Assembly (NCBI GenBank): GCA_950097015.1
Contig: CATNEN010000007.1
Span: 7,378,001 to 7,442,000, forward strand
Direction: 5' to 3'
DNA length: 64,000 nucleotides
From: Macrostomum hystrix
Taxonomy: Eukaryota; Animalia; Platyhelminthes
Position numbers and translations under genes: made by a program. The notes beneath the pieces were generated by a model. It had not been told where the DNA came from, made no database searches, and was given only the letters and a program-made list of their open reading frames with translations. Each line of letters starts with the position of its first letter. Within the stretch, counting starts at the first letter, position 1. This document shows, piece after piece, positions 53,815 through 64,000 of the stretch.

Positions 53815-54970
53815 CTTCTGTCATTCCACCTCCGCTTCTGTCACTCAACCTCCTCTACTATCACTCCACTCTTGTGTCACTCCACCTCCTCTACTGTCAC
53901 TCCACCTCCTCTTCTGTCACTTCACCTCCTCTACTGTCACTCCACCTCCTCTACTGTCACTCCACCTCCTCTTCTGTCACTTCACCTCCTCTACTGTCAC
54001 TTCACCTCCTCTACTGTCACTCCACCTCCTCTACTGTCACTCCACCTCCTCTTCTGTCACTTCACCTCCTCTACTGTCACTCCACCTCCTCTACTGTCAC
54101 TCCACCTCCTCTACTGTCACTCCACCTCCTCTTCTGTCACTTCACCTCCTCTACTGTCACTCCACCTCCTCTTGTCACTTCACCTCCTCTACTGTCACTC
54201 CACCTCCTCTTCTGTCACTTCACCTCCTCTACTGTCACTCCACCTCCTCTACTGTCACTTCACCTCCTCTACTGTCACTCCACCTCCTCTTCTGTCACTT
54301 CACCTCCTCTACTGTCACTCCACCTCCTCTACTGTCACTTCACCTCCTCTACTGTCACTCCACCTCCTCTTCTGTCACTTCACCTCCTCTACTGTCACTC
54401 CACCTCCTCTACTGTCACTTCACCTCCTCTACTGTCACTCCACCTCCTCTACTGTCACTCCACCTCCTCTACTGTCACTCCACCTCCTCTACTGTCACTC
54501 CACCTCCTCTTCTGTCACTTCACCTCCTCTACTGTCACTCCACCTCCTCTTGTCACTCCACCTCCTCTACTGTCACTCCACCTCCTCTTCTGTCACTTCA
54601 CCTCCTCTACTGTCACTCCACCTCCTCTTGTCACTTCACCTCCTCTACTGTCACTCCACCTCCTCTTCTGTCACTTCACCTCCTCTACTGTCACTCCACC
54701 TCCTCTACTGTCACTTCACCTCCTCTACTGTCACTCCACCTCCTCTTCTGTCACTTCACCTCCTCTACTGTCACTCCACCTCCTCTACTGTCACTTCACC
54801 TCCTCTACTGTCACTCCACCTCCTCTTCTGTCACTTCACCTCCTCTACTGTCACTTCACCTCCTCTACTGTCACTCCACCTCCTCTTCTGTCACTTCACC
54901 TCCTCTACTGTCACTCCACCTCCTCTACTGTCACTCCACGCTTGTCATTCAACCTCCTTCTGTCACTCCA
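53815..54970 (+). repeat. 20-bp minisatellite (TGTCACTCCACCTCCTCTAC)
   Basis: Tandem array visible directly. Confidence 0.95.
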
Positions 54971-55350
54971 CATCCTTTTCTGTTGGATCTTTTTATCACT
55001 CTTACTCCCCTCTCTCTCCTTTCAAGCTTTTACTCGTATATTAGGGTGGGCAAGTCTTTAGTCTTGCAGTTATTCTGAACAGAGTTTATGCTGTTCACCA
55101 GAAAATAGCAATTTGAGCCTTACGTACTTCTACGAGCAGTTTCCTTCTCTCGTCGCCTTTATTTAGGTCGCGGGGCTTTGCGAGCTAATCATCCGGCACA
55201 TGACAGTTACACAAAACTGACCGGTTAATTACAAGTTTTCCTGCATTCAAATCTGTCCGTTACAAGAATGCAAGAATGGAGCGCTTGGGGGTGCAGATTA
55301 TGCATTAAATATTCACGATCACTACAGTTTCTGCGGATTGAACTAAACCA

Positions 55351-55500
55351 ATTTCAGAACAGGCGTGCAATGAACTACACCGATTTCAGAACAGGCGTGC
55401 AATGAACTACACCGATTTCAGAACAGGCGTGCAATGAACTGCACCGATGTCAGAACAGGCGTGCAATGAACTGCACCGATGTCAGAACAGGCCTGCAATC
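55351..55500 (+). repeat. 32-bp tandem repeat, about 4.5 copies (GATTTCAGAACAGGCGTGCAATGAACTACACC)
   Basis: Visible directly. Confidence 0.9.
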
Positions 55501-56461
55501 AACCAGTTCGATTTCACAAGATTCGTGCACTGAACCTGTGCACCGCATTCCTTACTGCATCAGTGACTAATTTTAGAAAGGTGATAACTAGCTTGTGAAC
55601 TTCAGCATTGAGCAAGTGCAATAAAAAAACTTCAACAAGTGCTCGGCGGCCGCCTTTGATGACGCAGGCGCTGCTTATTTTTAGCTACCTCCGCTGTCTT
55701 CAATGCCTTGTCGTCGCGCAGGAAGCTGGTTCGCGCAGCTCTGCGGAAGCTCAGGCGTGCTAATTGTTTGTCCAATTAATGCGGAGCCTATTGCGGCCCT
55801 GCCTCAAAGACCTCAAGATTTGCTTTTGTCGCCGAGACAGGAAGCTTTGAAGGGCGTGCCTTCGGGCCATTTCCACTATACTAAAAATGAAATGCTTGCT
55901 TGGTTGTAATTGATTTTCTCCCGAACGGCTCAACCGATTTTCACCATTTCTTCACCAAAATATGCGAAATATGGGCAGAATTTTACACGTATTTTTATTA
56001 AGCTTAACTCCATTGCTAAGGGGATTAAATATTCGAAAAACATGATTTTGTCAAAGGTCAAACCATCTTGGCCTATTGAGAATTTTAACTCACTGCCACT
56101 GAATTAGAATTGCATCGTCAAATTGCGCAACAACCCCTAGCTGATTGAATTTGAAGCCTGCACTCTGGAGACAAATTTGAAATAAATGTACACAACCAAC
56201 CGCGAGACTGAGTGTACTCTATTTTCTCACTTCATTGTACAAAGCCAGAACTTTGAGAATTCATTTTATAAGGCTGATTTTTGCACCCACTAACCAACAG
56301 TCGGAATAGCCGATGTGTAGGCACTAGGAATAGGTTATAGGCTAGGCTAGGGTTCGATTCTGCACTGCGTCAAATCATTTAGACTAATTTTCAGCCAGTA
56401 GTGATTGAAGATTATTTTGATTTTTTTTTTCATTTCGTAAATAAAATATCATAAATCATAG

Positions 56462-59400
56462 CAAACCTGAGTTTGAATCATGGCAAAAATAGAGCTTGAA
56501 TCATGGCTAAACCAGCGTCTGAATCATGGCTAAACCAGAGCTTGAATCATGGCTAAACCAGAGTCTGAATCATGGCTAAACTGGAGTCTGAATCATGGCT
56601 AAACCAGAGTTTGAATCATGGCTAAACCAGAGTCTGAATCTGAATCATGGCTAAACTGGAGTCTGAATCATGGCTAAACTGGAGTCTGAATCATGGCAAA
56701 ACCAGAGTCTGAATCTGAATCATGGCTAAACCAGCGTCTGAATCATGGCTAAACCAGAGTCTGAATCATGGCAAAACCAGAGTCTGAATCATGGCTAAAC
56801 CAGAGTTTGAATCATGGCTAAACCAGGGTCTGAATCATGGCTAAAACAGAGTTTAAATCATGGCTAAACCAGAGTCTGAATCATGGCTAAACCAGAGTTT
56901 GAATCATGGCTAAACCAGGGTCTGAATCATGGCTAAACCAGAGTCTGAATCATGGCTAAACCAGGGTCTGAATCATGGCTAAACCAGAGTTTGCATCATG
57001 GCTAAACCAGAGTCTGAATCATGGCTAAACCAGAGTCTGAATCATGGCTAAACCAGAGTTTGAATCATGGCTAAACCAGAGTCTGAATCATGGCTAAACC
57101 AGAGTCTGAATCATGGCAAAAATAGAGCTTGAATCATGGCCAAACCAGCGTCTGAATCATGGCTAAACCAGAGCTTGAATCATGGCTAAACCAGAGTTTG
57201 AATCATGGCTAAACCAGAGTCTGAATCATGGCTAAACCAGAGTCTGAATCATGGCTAAACCAGAGTCTGAATCATGGCAAAACCAGAGTCTGAATCATGG
57301 CTAAACCAGAGTTTGAATCATGGCTAAACCAGGGTCTGAATCATGGCTAAAACAGAGTTTAAATCATGGCTAAACCAGAGTCTGAATCATGGCTAAACCA
57401 GAGTTTGAATCATGGCTAAACCAGGGTCTGAATCATGGCTAAACCAGAGTTTGAATCATAGCTAAACCAGAGTCTGAATCATGGCTACACCAGAGTCTGA
57501 ATCATGGCTAAACCAGAGTTTGAATCATGGCTAAACCAGAGTCTGAATCATGGCTAAACCAGAGTCTGAATCATGGCTAAACCAGAGTTTGAATCATAGC
57601 TAAACCAGAGTCTGAATCATGGCTAAACCAGAGTCTGAATCATGGCTAAACCAGAGTCTGAATCATGGCTAAACCAGAGTCTGAATCATGGCTACACCAG
57701 AGTCTGAATCATAGCTAAACCAGAGTCTGAATCATGGCTAAACCAGAGTCAGAATCATGGCTAAACCAGAGTCTGAATCATGGCTAAACCAGAGTTTGAA
57801 TCATAGCTAAACCAGAGTCTGAATCATGGCTACACCAGAGTCTGAATCATGGCTAAACCAGAGTTTGAATCATGGCTAAACCAGAGTCTGAATCATGGCT
57901 AAACTGGAGTCTGAATCATGGCTAAACCAGAGTTTGAATCATGGCTAAACCAGAGTCTGAATCTGAATCATGGCTAAACTGGAGTCTGAATCATGGCTAA
58001 ACTGGAGTCTGAATCATGGCAAAACCAGAGTCTGAATCTGAATCATGGCTAAACCAGCGTCTGAATCATGGCTAAACCAGAGTCTGAATCATGGCAAAAC
58101 CAGAGTCTGAATCATGGCTAAACCAGAGTTTGAATCATGGCTAAACCAGGGTCTGAATCATGGCTAAAACAGAGTTTAAATCATGGCTAAACCAGAGTCT
58201 GAATCATGGCTAAACCAGAGTTTGAATCATGGCTAAACCAGGGTCTGAATCATGGCTAAACCAGAGTCTGAATCATGGCTAAACCAGGGTCTGAATCATG
58301 GCTAAACCAGAGTTTGCATCATGGCTAAACCAGAGTCTGAATCATGGCTAAACCAGAGTCTGAATCATGGCTAAACCAGAGTTTGAATCATGGCTAAACC
58401 AGAGTCTGAATCATGGCTAAACCAGAGTCTGAATCATGGCAAAAATAGAGCTTGAATCATGGCCAAACCAGCGTCTGAATCATGGCTAAACCAGAGCTTG
58501 AATCATGGCTAAACCAGAGTTTGAATCATGGCTAAACCAGAGTCTGAATCATGGCTAAACCAGAGTCTGAATCATGGCTAAACCAGAGTCTGAATCATGG
58601 CAAAACCAGAGTCTGAATCATGGCTAAACCAGAGTTTGAATCATGGCTAAACCAGGGTCTGAATCATGGCTAAAACAGAGTTTAAATCATGGCTAAACCA
58701 GAGTCTGAATCATGGCTAAACCAGAGTTTGAATCATGGCTAAACCAGGGTCTGAATCATGGCTAAACCAGAGTTTGAATCATAGCTAAACCAGAGTCTGA
58801 ATCATGGCTACACCAGAGTCTGAATCATGGCTAAACCAGAGTTTGAATCATGGCTAAACCAGAGTCTGAATCATGGCTAAACCAGAGTCTGAATCATGGC
58901 TAAACCAGAGTTTGAATCATAGCTAAACCAGAGTCTGAATCATGGCTAAACCAGAGTCTGAATCATGGCTAAACCAGAGTCTGAATCATGGCTAAACCAG
59001 AGTCTGAATCATGGCTACACCAGAGTCTGAATCATAGCTAAACCAGAGTCTGAATCATGGCTAAACCAGAGTCAGAATCATGGCTAAACCAGAGTCTGAA
59101 TCATGGCTAAACCAGAGTTTGAATCATAGCTAAACCAGAGTCTGAATCATGGCTACACCAGAGTCTGAATCATGGCTAAACCAGAGTTTGAATCATGGCT
59201 AAACCAGAGTCTGAATCATGGCTAAACCAGAGTCTGAATCATGGCTAAACCAGAGTCTGAATCATGGCTACACCAGAGTCTGAATCATGGCTAAACCAGA
59301 GTCTGAATCATGGCTACACCAGAGTCTGAATCATAGCTAAACCAGAGTCTGAATCATGGCTAAACCAGAGTCTGAATCATGGCTAAACCAGAGTTTGAAT

Positions 59401-61392
59401 CATAGCTAAACCAGAGTCTGAATCATGGCTAAACCAGAGTCTGAATCATGGCTAAACCAGAGTCTGAATCATGGCTAAACCAGAGTTTGAATCATGGCTA
59501 CACCAGAGTCTGAATCATGGCAAAAATAGAGCTTGAATCATGGCCAAACCAGCGTCTGAATCATGGCTAAACCAGAGCTTGAATCATGGCTAAACCAGAG
59601 TTTGAATCATGGCTAAACCAGAGTCTGAATCATGGCTAAACCAGAGTCTGAATCATGGCTAAACCAGAGTCTGAATCATGGCAAAACCAGAGTCTGAATC
59701 ATGGCTAAACCAGAGTTTGAATCATGGCTAAACCAGGGTCTGAATCATGGCTAAAACAGAGTTTAAATCATGGCTAAACCAGAGTCTGAATCATGGCTAA
59801 ACCAGAGTTTGAATCATGGCTAAACCAGGGTCTGAATCATGGCTAAACCAGAGTTTGAATCATAGCTAAACCAGAGTCTGAATCATGGCTACACCAGAGT
59901 CTGAATCATGGCTAAACCAGAGTTTGAATCATGGCTAAACCAGAGTCTGAATCATGGCTAAACCAGAGTCTGAATCATGGCTAAACCAGAGTTTGAATCA
60001 TAGCTAAACCAGAGTCTGAATCATGGCTAAACCAGAGTCTGAATCATGGCTAAACCAGAGTCTGAATCATGGCTAAACCAGAGTCTGAATCATGGCTACA
60101 CCAGAGTCTGAATCATAGCTAAACCAGAGTCTGAATCATGGCTAAACCAGAGTCAGAATCATGGCTAAACCAGAGTCTGAATCATGGCTAAACCAGAGTT
60201 TGAATCATAGCTAAACCAGAGTCTGAATCATGGCTACACCAGAGTCTGAATCATGGCTAAACCAGAGTTTGAATCATGGCTAAACCAGAGTCTGAATCAT
60301 GGCTAAACCAGAGTCTGAATCATGGCTAAACCAGAGTCTGAATCATGGCTACACCAGAGTCTGAATCATGGCTAAACCAGAGTCTGAATCATGGCTACAC
60401 CAGAGTCTGAATCATAGCTAAACCAGAGTCTGAATCATGGCTAAACCAGAGTCTGAATCATGGCTAAACCAGAGTTTGAATCATAGCTAAACCAGAGTCT
60501 GAATCATGGCTAAACCAGAGTCTGAATCATGGCTAAACCAGAGTCTGAATCATGGCTAAACCAGAGTCTGAATCATGGCTACACCAGAGTCTGAATCATA
60601 GCTAAACCAGCGTCTGAATCATGGCTAAACTAGATTCTGAATCATGGCTAAACCAGAGTTTGAATCATGGCTAAACCAGAGTTTGAATCATGGCAAAACC
60701 AGAGTTTGAATCATGGCTAACCCAGACTTTGAATCATGGCTAAACCAGAGTCTGAATCATGGCTAAACCAGCGTCTGAATCATGGCTAAACCAGAGTTTG
60801 AATCATGGCTAAACCAGAGTCTGAATCATGGCTAAACCAGAGTCTGAATCATGGCTAAACCAGAGTCTGAATCATGGCTAACCCAGAGTTTGAATCATGG
60901 CTAAACCAGAGTTTGAATCATGGCTAACCCAGACTTTGAATCATGGCTAAACCAGAGTCTGAATCATGGCTAAACCAGCGTCTGAATCATGGCTAAACCA
61001 GAGTTTGAATCATGGCTAAACCAGAGTCTGAATCATGGCTAAACCAGAGTTTGAATCATGGCTAAACCAGATTTTGAATCATGGCTAACCCAGAGTTTGA
61101 ATCATGGCTAAACCAGAGTCTGAATCATGGCTAAACCAGAGTTTGAATCATGGCAAAACCAGAGTCTGAATCATGGCTAAACCAGAGTCTGAATCATGGC
61201 TAAACCAGAGTCTGAATCATGGCTAAACCAGAGTCTGAATCATGGCTAAACCAGAGTCTGAATCATGGCTAAACCAGAGTCTGAATCATGGCTACACCAG
61301 AGTCTAAATCATGGCTAAACCAGAGTTTGAATCATGGCAAAACCAGAGTTTGAATCATGGCTAACCCAGCGTTTGAATCATTGCTAAACCAG
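56462..61392 (+). repeat. 23-bp minisatellite (GAATCATGGCTAAACCAGAGTCT), about 4.9 kb, with higher-order blocks
   Basis: Tandem array in which variant units recur at 1323-bp and 1081-bp spacing. Confidence 0.97.
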
Positions 61393-61394
61393 AA

Positions 61395-62372
61395 CTGGTG
61401 GATAATCGTCAACTGGGGGATCATGGTAAACTGGGGGATAATTGTCAACTGGGGGATCATTGTCAACTGGAGGATCATTGGCAACTGGGGGATAATTGTC
61501 AACTGGGGGACAATTGTCACGGGGAAACATCACCAAATGCGGGATCATAATCAACTAGGGGATCATTGTCAACTAGGGGATCATGTTCAACTGGGGGAAC
61601 ATTGTCAACTGGGATCACCATCAATGGGGGATCATAGTCAACTGAGAGATAATTGTCGACTGGGGGATAATCGTCAACTGGGGGATCATGGTCAACTGGA
61701 GGATCATTGTCAACGGGGGGATAGTTGTCAACTGGGGGATAATTGTCAACTGGGGAGTCATCATCAAATGCGGGATCATGGTTAACTGGGGGATAATTGT
61801 CAACTGGGGGATCATTGTCAACTGGGAGATCATTGTCAATGTCAACTGGGGGATCATTGTCATCTGGGGATCATTGTCAACTGGGGGTTTATCATCACCC
61901 GGAGGATCATTGTGAACTGGGGGGATCATTGTCAACTTGTTGATCATCATCAACTGGGGGATCATTGTCAACTGTGGGAACATTGTCAACTGGGGGAACG
62001 TTGTCAACTGGAGATTATCATCAATGGGGAGTCATCATTAACTGGGGGATCATTGTCAACTGCGTGATCATCATCAATTGGGGGATTATTGTCAACTCGG
62101 GGATCATTGTCAGCTGTGGGAACATTGTCAACTGGGGATCATCATCAATGGGGAGTCATCATTAACTGGGGGATCATTGTCAACTGCGTGATCATCATCA
62201 ATTGAGGGATTATTGTCAACTGGGGGATCATAATCAACTGCGTGATCATCATCAATTGGGGGATTATTGTCAACGGGGGGATCATTGTCAACTGGGGGAT
62301 CATTATCAACTGGGGGATTATTGTCAACTGGGGGATCTTTATCAACTGGGGGATCATTGTCAACTGATCATT
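61395..62372 (+). repeat. ~19-bp minisatellite (GATCATTGTCAACTGGGGG)
   Basis: Degenerate tandem array inside Helitron copy 1. Confidence 0.9.
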
Positions 62373-62467
62373 GTAGCGTAAAAAGGCTGAAAATGCAGCT
62401 GCTAAAAAGTGTATACTGGACGAAATCAAAATATTTCTGCTCCCCGAAGGGGGGCAAAACTTGCTAG

Positions 62468-64000
62468 TCCAATATACTAAAAATGAACTGTTTACTTACT
62501 TGGTTGTAATTGATTTTCTCCCGAACGGCTCAACCGATTTTCACCATTTCTTCACCAAAAGATGCCAAATATGGGGACAATTTTACACGTATTTTTATTA
62601 AGCCTAACTTTATTGCTAAAGGGATTAAATATTCGAAAAACATGATTTTTCAAAGGTCAAACCATCTTGGCCTATTGAGAATTTTACTCACTGCCGCTGA
62701 ATTGGAATTGCATCGTCAAATTGCGCAACACCCCCTCGCTGACTGAGTTAGAAGCCTGCACTCTGGAGACAAATTTGAAATAAATGTACACAACCAACCG
62801 CGAGACTGAGTGTACTCTATTTTCTCACTTCATTGTACAAAGCCAGAACTTTGAGAATTCATTTTATAAGGCTGATTTTTGCACCCACCAACCAACAGTC
62901 GGAATAGCCGATGTGTAGGCACTAGGAATAGGTTATAGGCTAGGCTAGGGTTCGATTCTGCACTGCGTCAAATCATTTAGACTAATTTTCAGCCAGTAGT
63001 GATTGAAGATTATTTTGATTTTTTTTTTCGTTTCGTAAATAAAATATCATAAATCATAGCAAACCTGAGTTTGAATCATGGCAAAAATAGAGCTTGAATC
63101 ATGGCTAAACCAGCGTCTGAATCATGGCTAAACCAGAGTTTGAATCATGGCAAAAATAGAGCTTGAATCATGGCTAAACCAGCGTCTGAATCATGGCTAA
63201 ACCAGAGCTTGAATCATGGCTAAAACAGAGTCTGAATCATGGCTAAACTGGAGTCTGAATCATGGCTAAACCAGAGTCTGAATCATGGCTAAACCAGAGT
63301 TTGAATCATGGCTAAACCAGGGTCTGAATCATGGCTAAACCAGAGTTTGAATCATGGCTAAACCAGAGTCTGAATCATGGCTAAACCAGAGTCTGAATCA
63401 TGGCTAAACCAGAGTTTGAATCATGGCTAACCCAGAGTTTGAATCATGGCTAAACCAGAGTTTGAATCATGGCTAACCCAGACTTTGAATCATGGCTAAA
63501 CCAGAGTCTGAATCATGGCTAAACCAGCGTCTGAATCATGGCTAAACCAGAGTTTGAATCATGGCTAAACCAGAGTCTGAATCATGGCTAAACCAGAGTC
63601 TGAATCATGGCTAAACCAGAGTCTGAATCATGGCTAACCCAGAGTTTGAATCATGGCTAAACCAGAGTTTGAATCATGGCTAACCCAGACTTTGAATCAT
63701 GGCTAAACCAGAGTCTGAATCATGGCTAAACCAGCGTCTGAATCATGGCTAAACCAGAGTTTGAATCATGGCTAAACCAGAGTCTGAATCATGGCTAAAC
63801 CAGAGTTTGAATCATGGCTAAACCAGATTTTGAATCATGGCTAACCCAGAGTTTGAATCATGGCTAAACCAGAGTCTGAATCTGAATCATGGCTAAACCA
63901 GAGTCTGAATCATGGCTAAACCAGAGTTTGAATCATGGCAAAACCAGAGTCTGAATCATGGCTAAACCAGAGTTTGAATCATGGCTAAACCAGGGTCTGA
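62468..64000 (+). mobile_element. Non-autonomous Helitron, copy 2, head-to-tail with copy 1; runs off the window
   Basis: It begins TCCAATATACTAAAAATG immediately after the CTAG. It repeats the ~590 bp unique 5' segment, and the 23-bp array resumes at ~63060. Confidence 0.8.

Larger units (their letters stand above)
55872..62467 (+). mobile_element. Non-autonomous Helitron, copy 1 (about 6.6 kb), carrying minisatellites
   Basis: The 5' end is TC (TCCACTATACTAAAAATG...ACGGCTCAACCGATTTT). The 3' end has the hairpin TGCTCCCC-GAA-GGGGGGCA (62438-62456) and a terminal CTAG at 62464-62467. No Rep/helicase ORF is present. Confidence 0.8.

Noticed and set aside
53742-55061. 439 aa and 390 aa ORFs
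   Set aside because: They are artefacts of the 20-bp minisatellite. The same applies to ORFs near 24815-25296, 42247-42878, 45168-45611 and 61332-62467.

Overview
Eukaryotic (metazoan) genomic DNA with GC-rich exons, GT-AG introns and very dense 14-41 bp minisatellites. This style suggests a free-living flatworm such as Macrostomum, but that is inference only. Genes found: the 3' end of a NALCN sodium-leak channel, a complete 5-exon FAN1 nuclease, an orphan polyQ ORF, a two-exon secreted cysteine-rich prepropeptide (only partly visible in the ORF track), Mlx plus a divergent Mlx paralogue, a frameshifted GT61/EOGT-like glycosyltransferase, a Rab11-family GTPase and a PDHX/E3BP-like protein. 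Mobile DNA found: a Ty3/Gypsy element with its 3' LTR, a decayed Ngaro/DIRS element whose Gag starts with a SAP domain, a tRNA-headed SINE (one full copy and one truncated copy, both with target-site duplications, the latter inside an RTE-like LINE fragment), and a head-to-tail pair of non-autonomous Helitrons carrying kb-scale minisatellites and a Pol III-like box pair. All calls come from reading the sequence and from recalled family motifs. No database searches were run.
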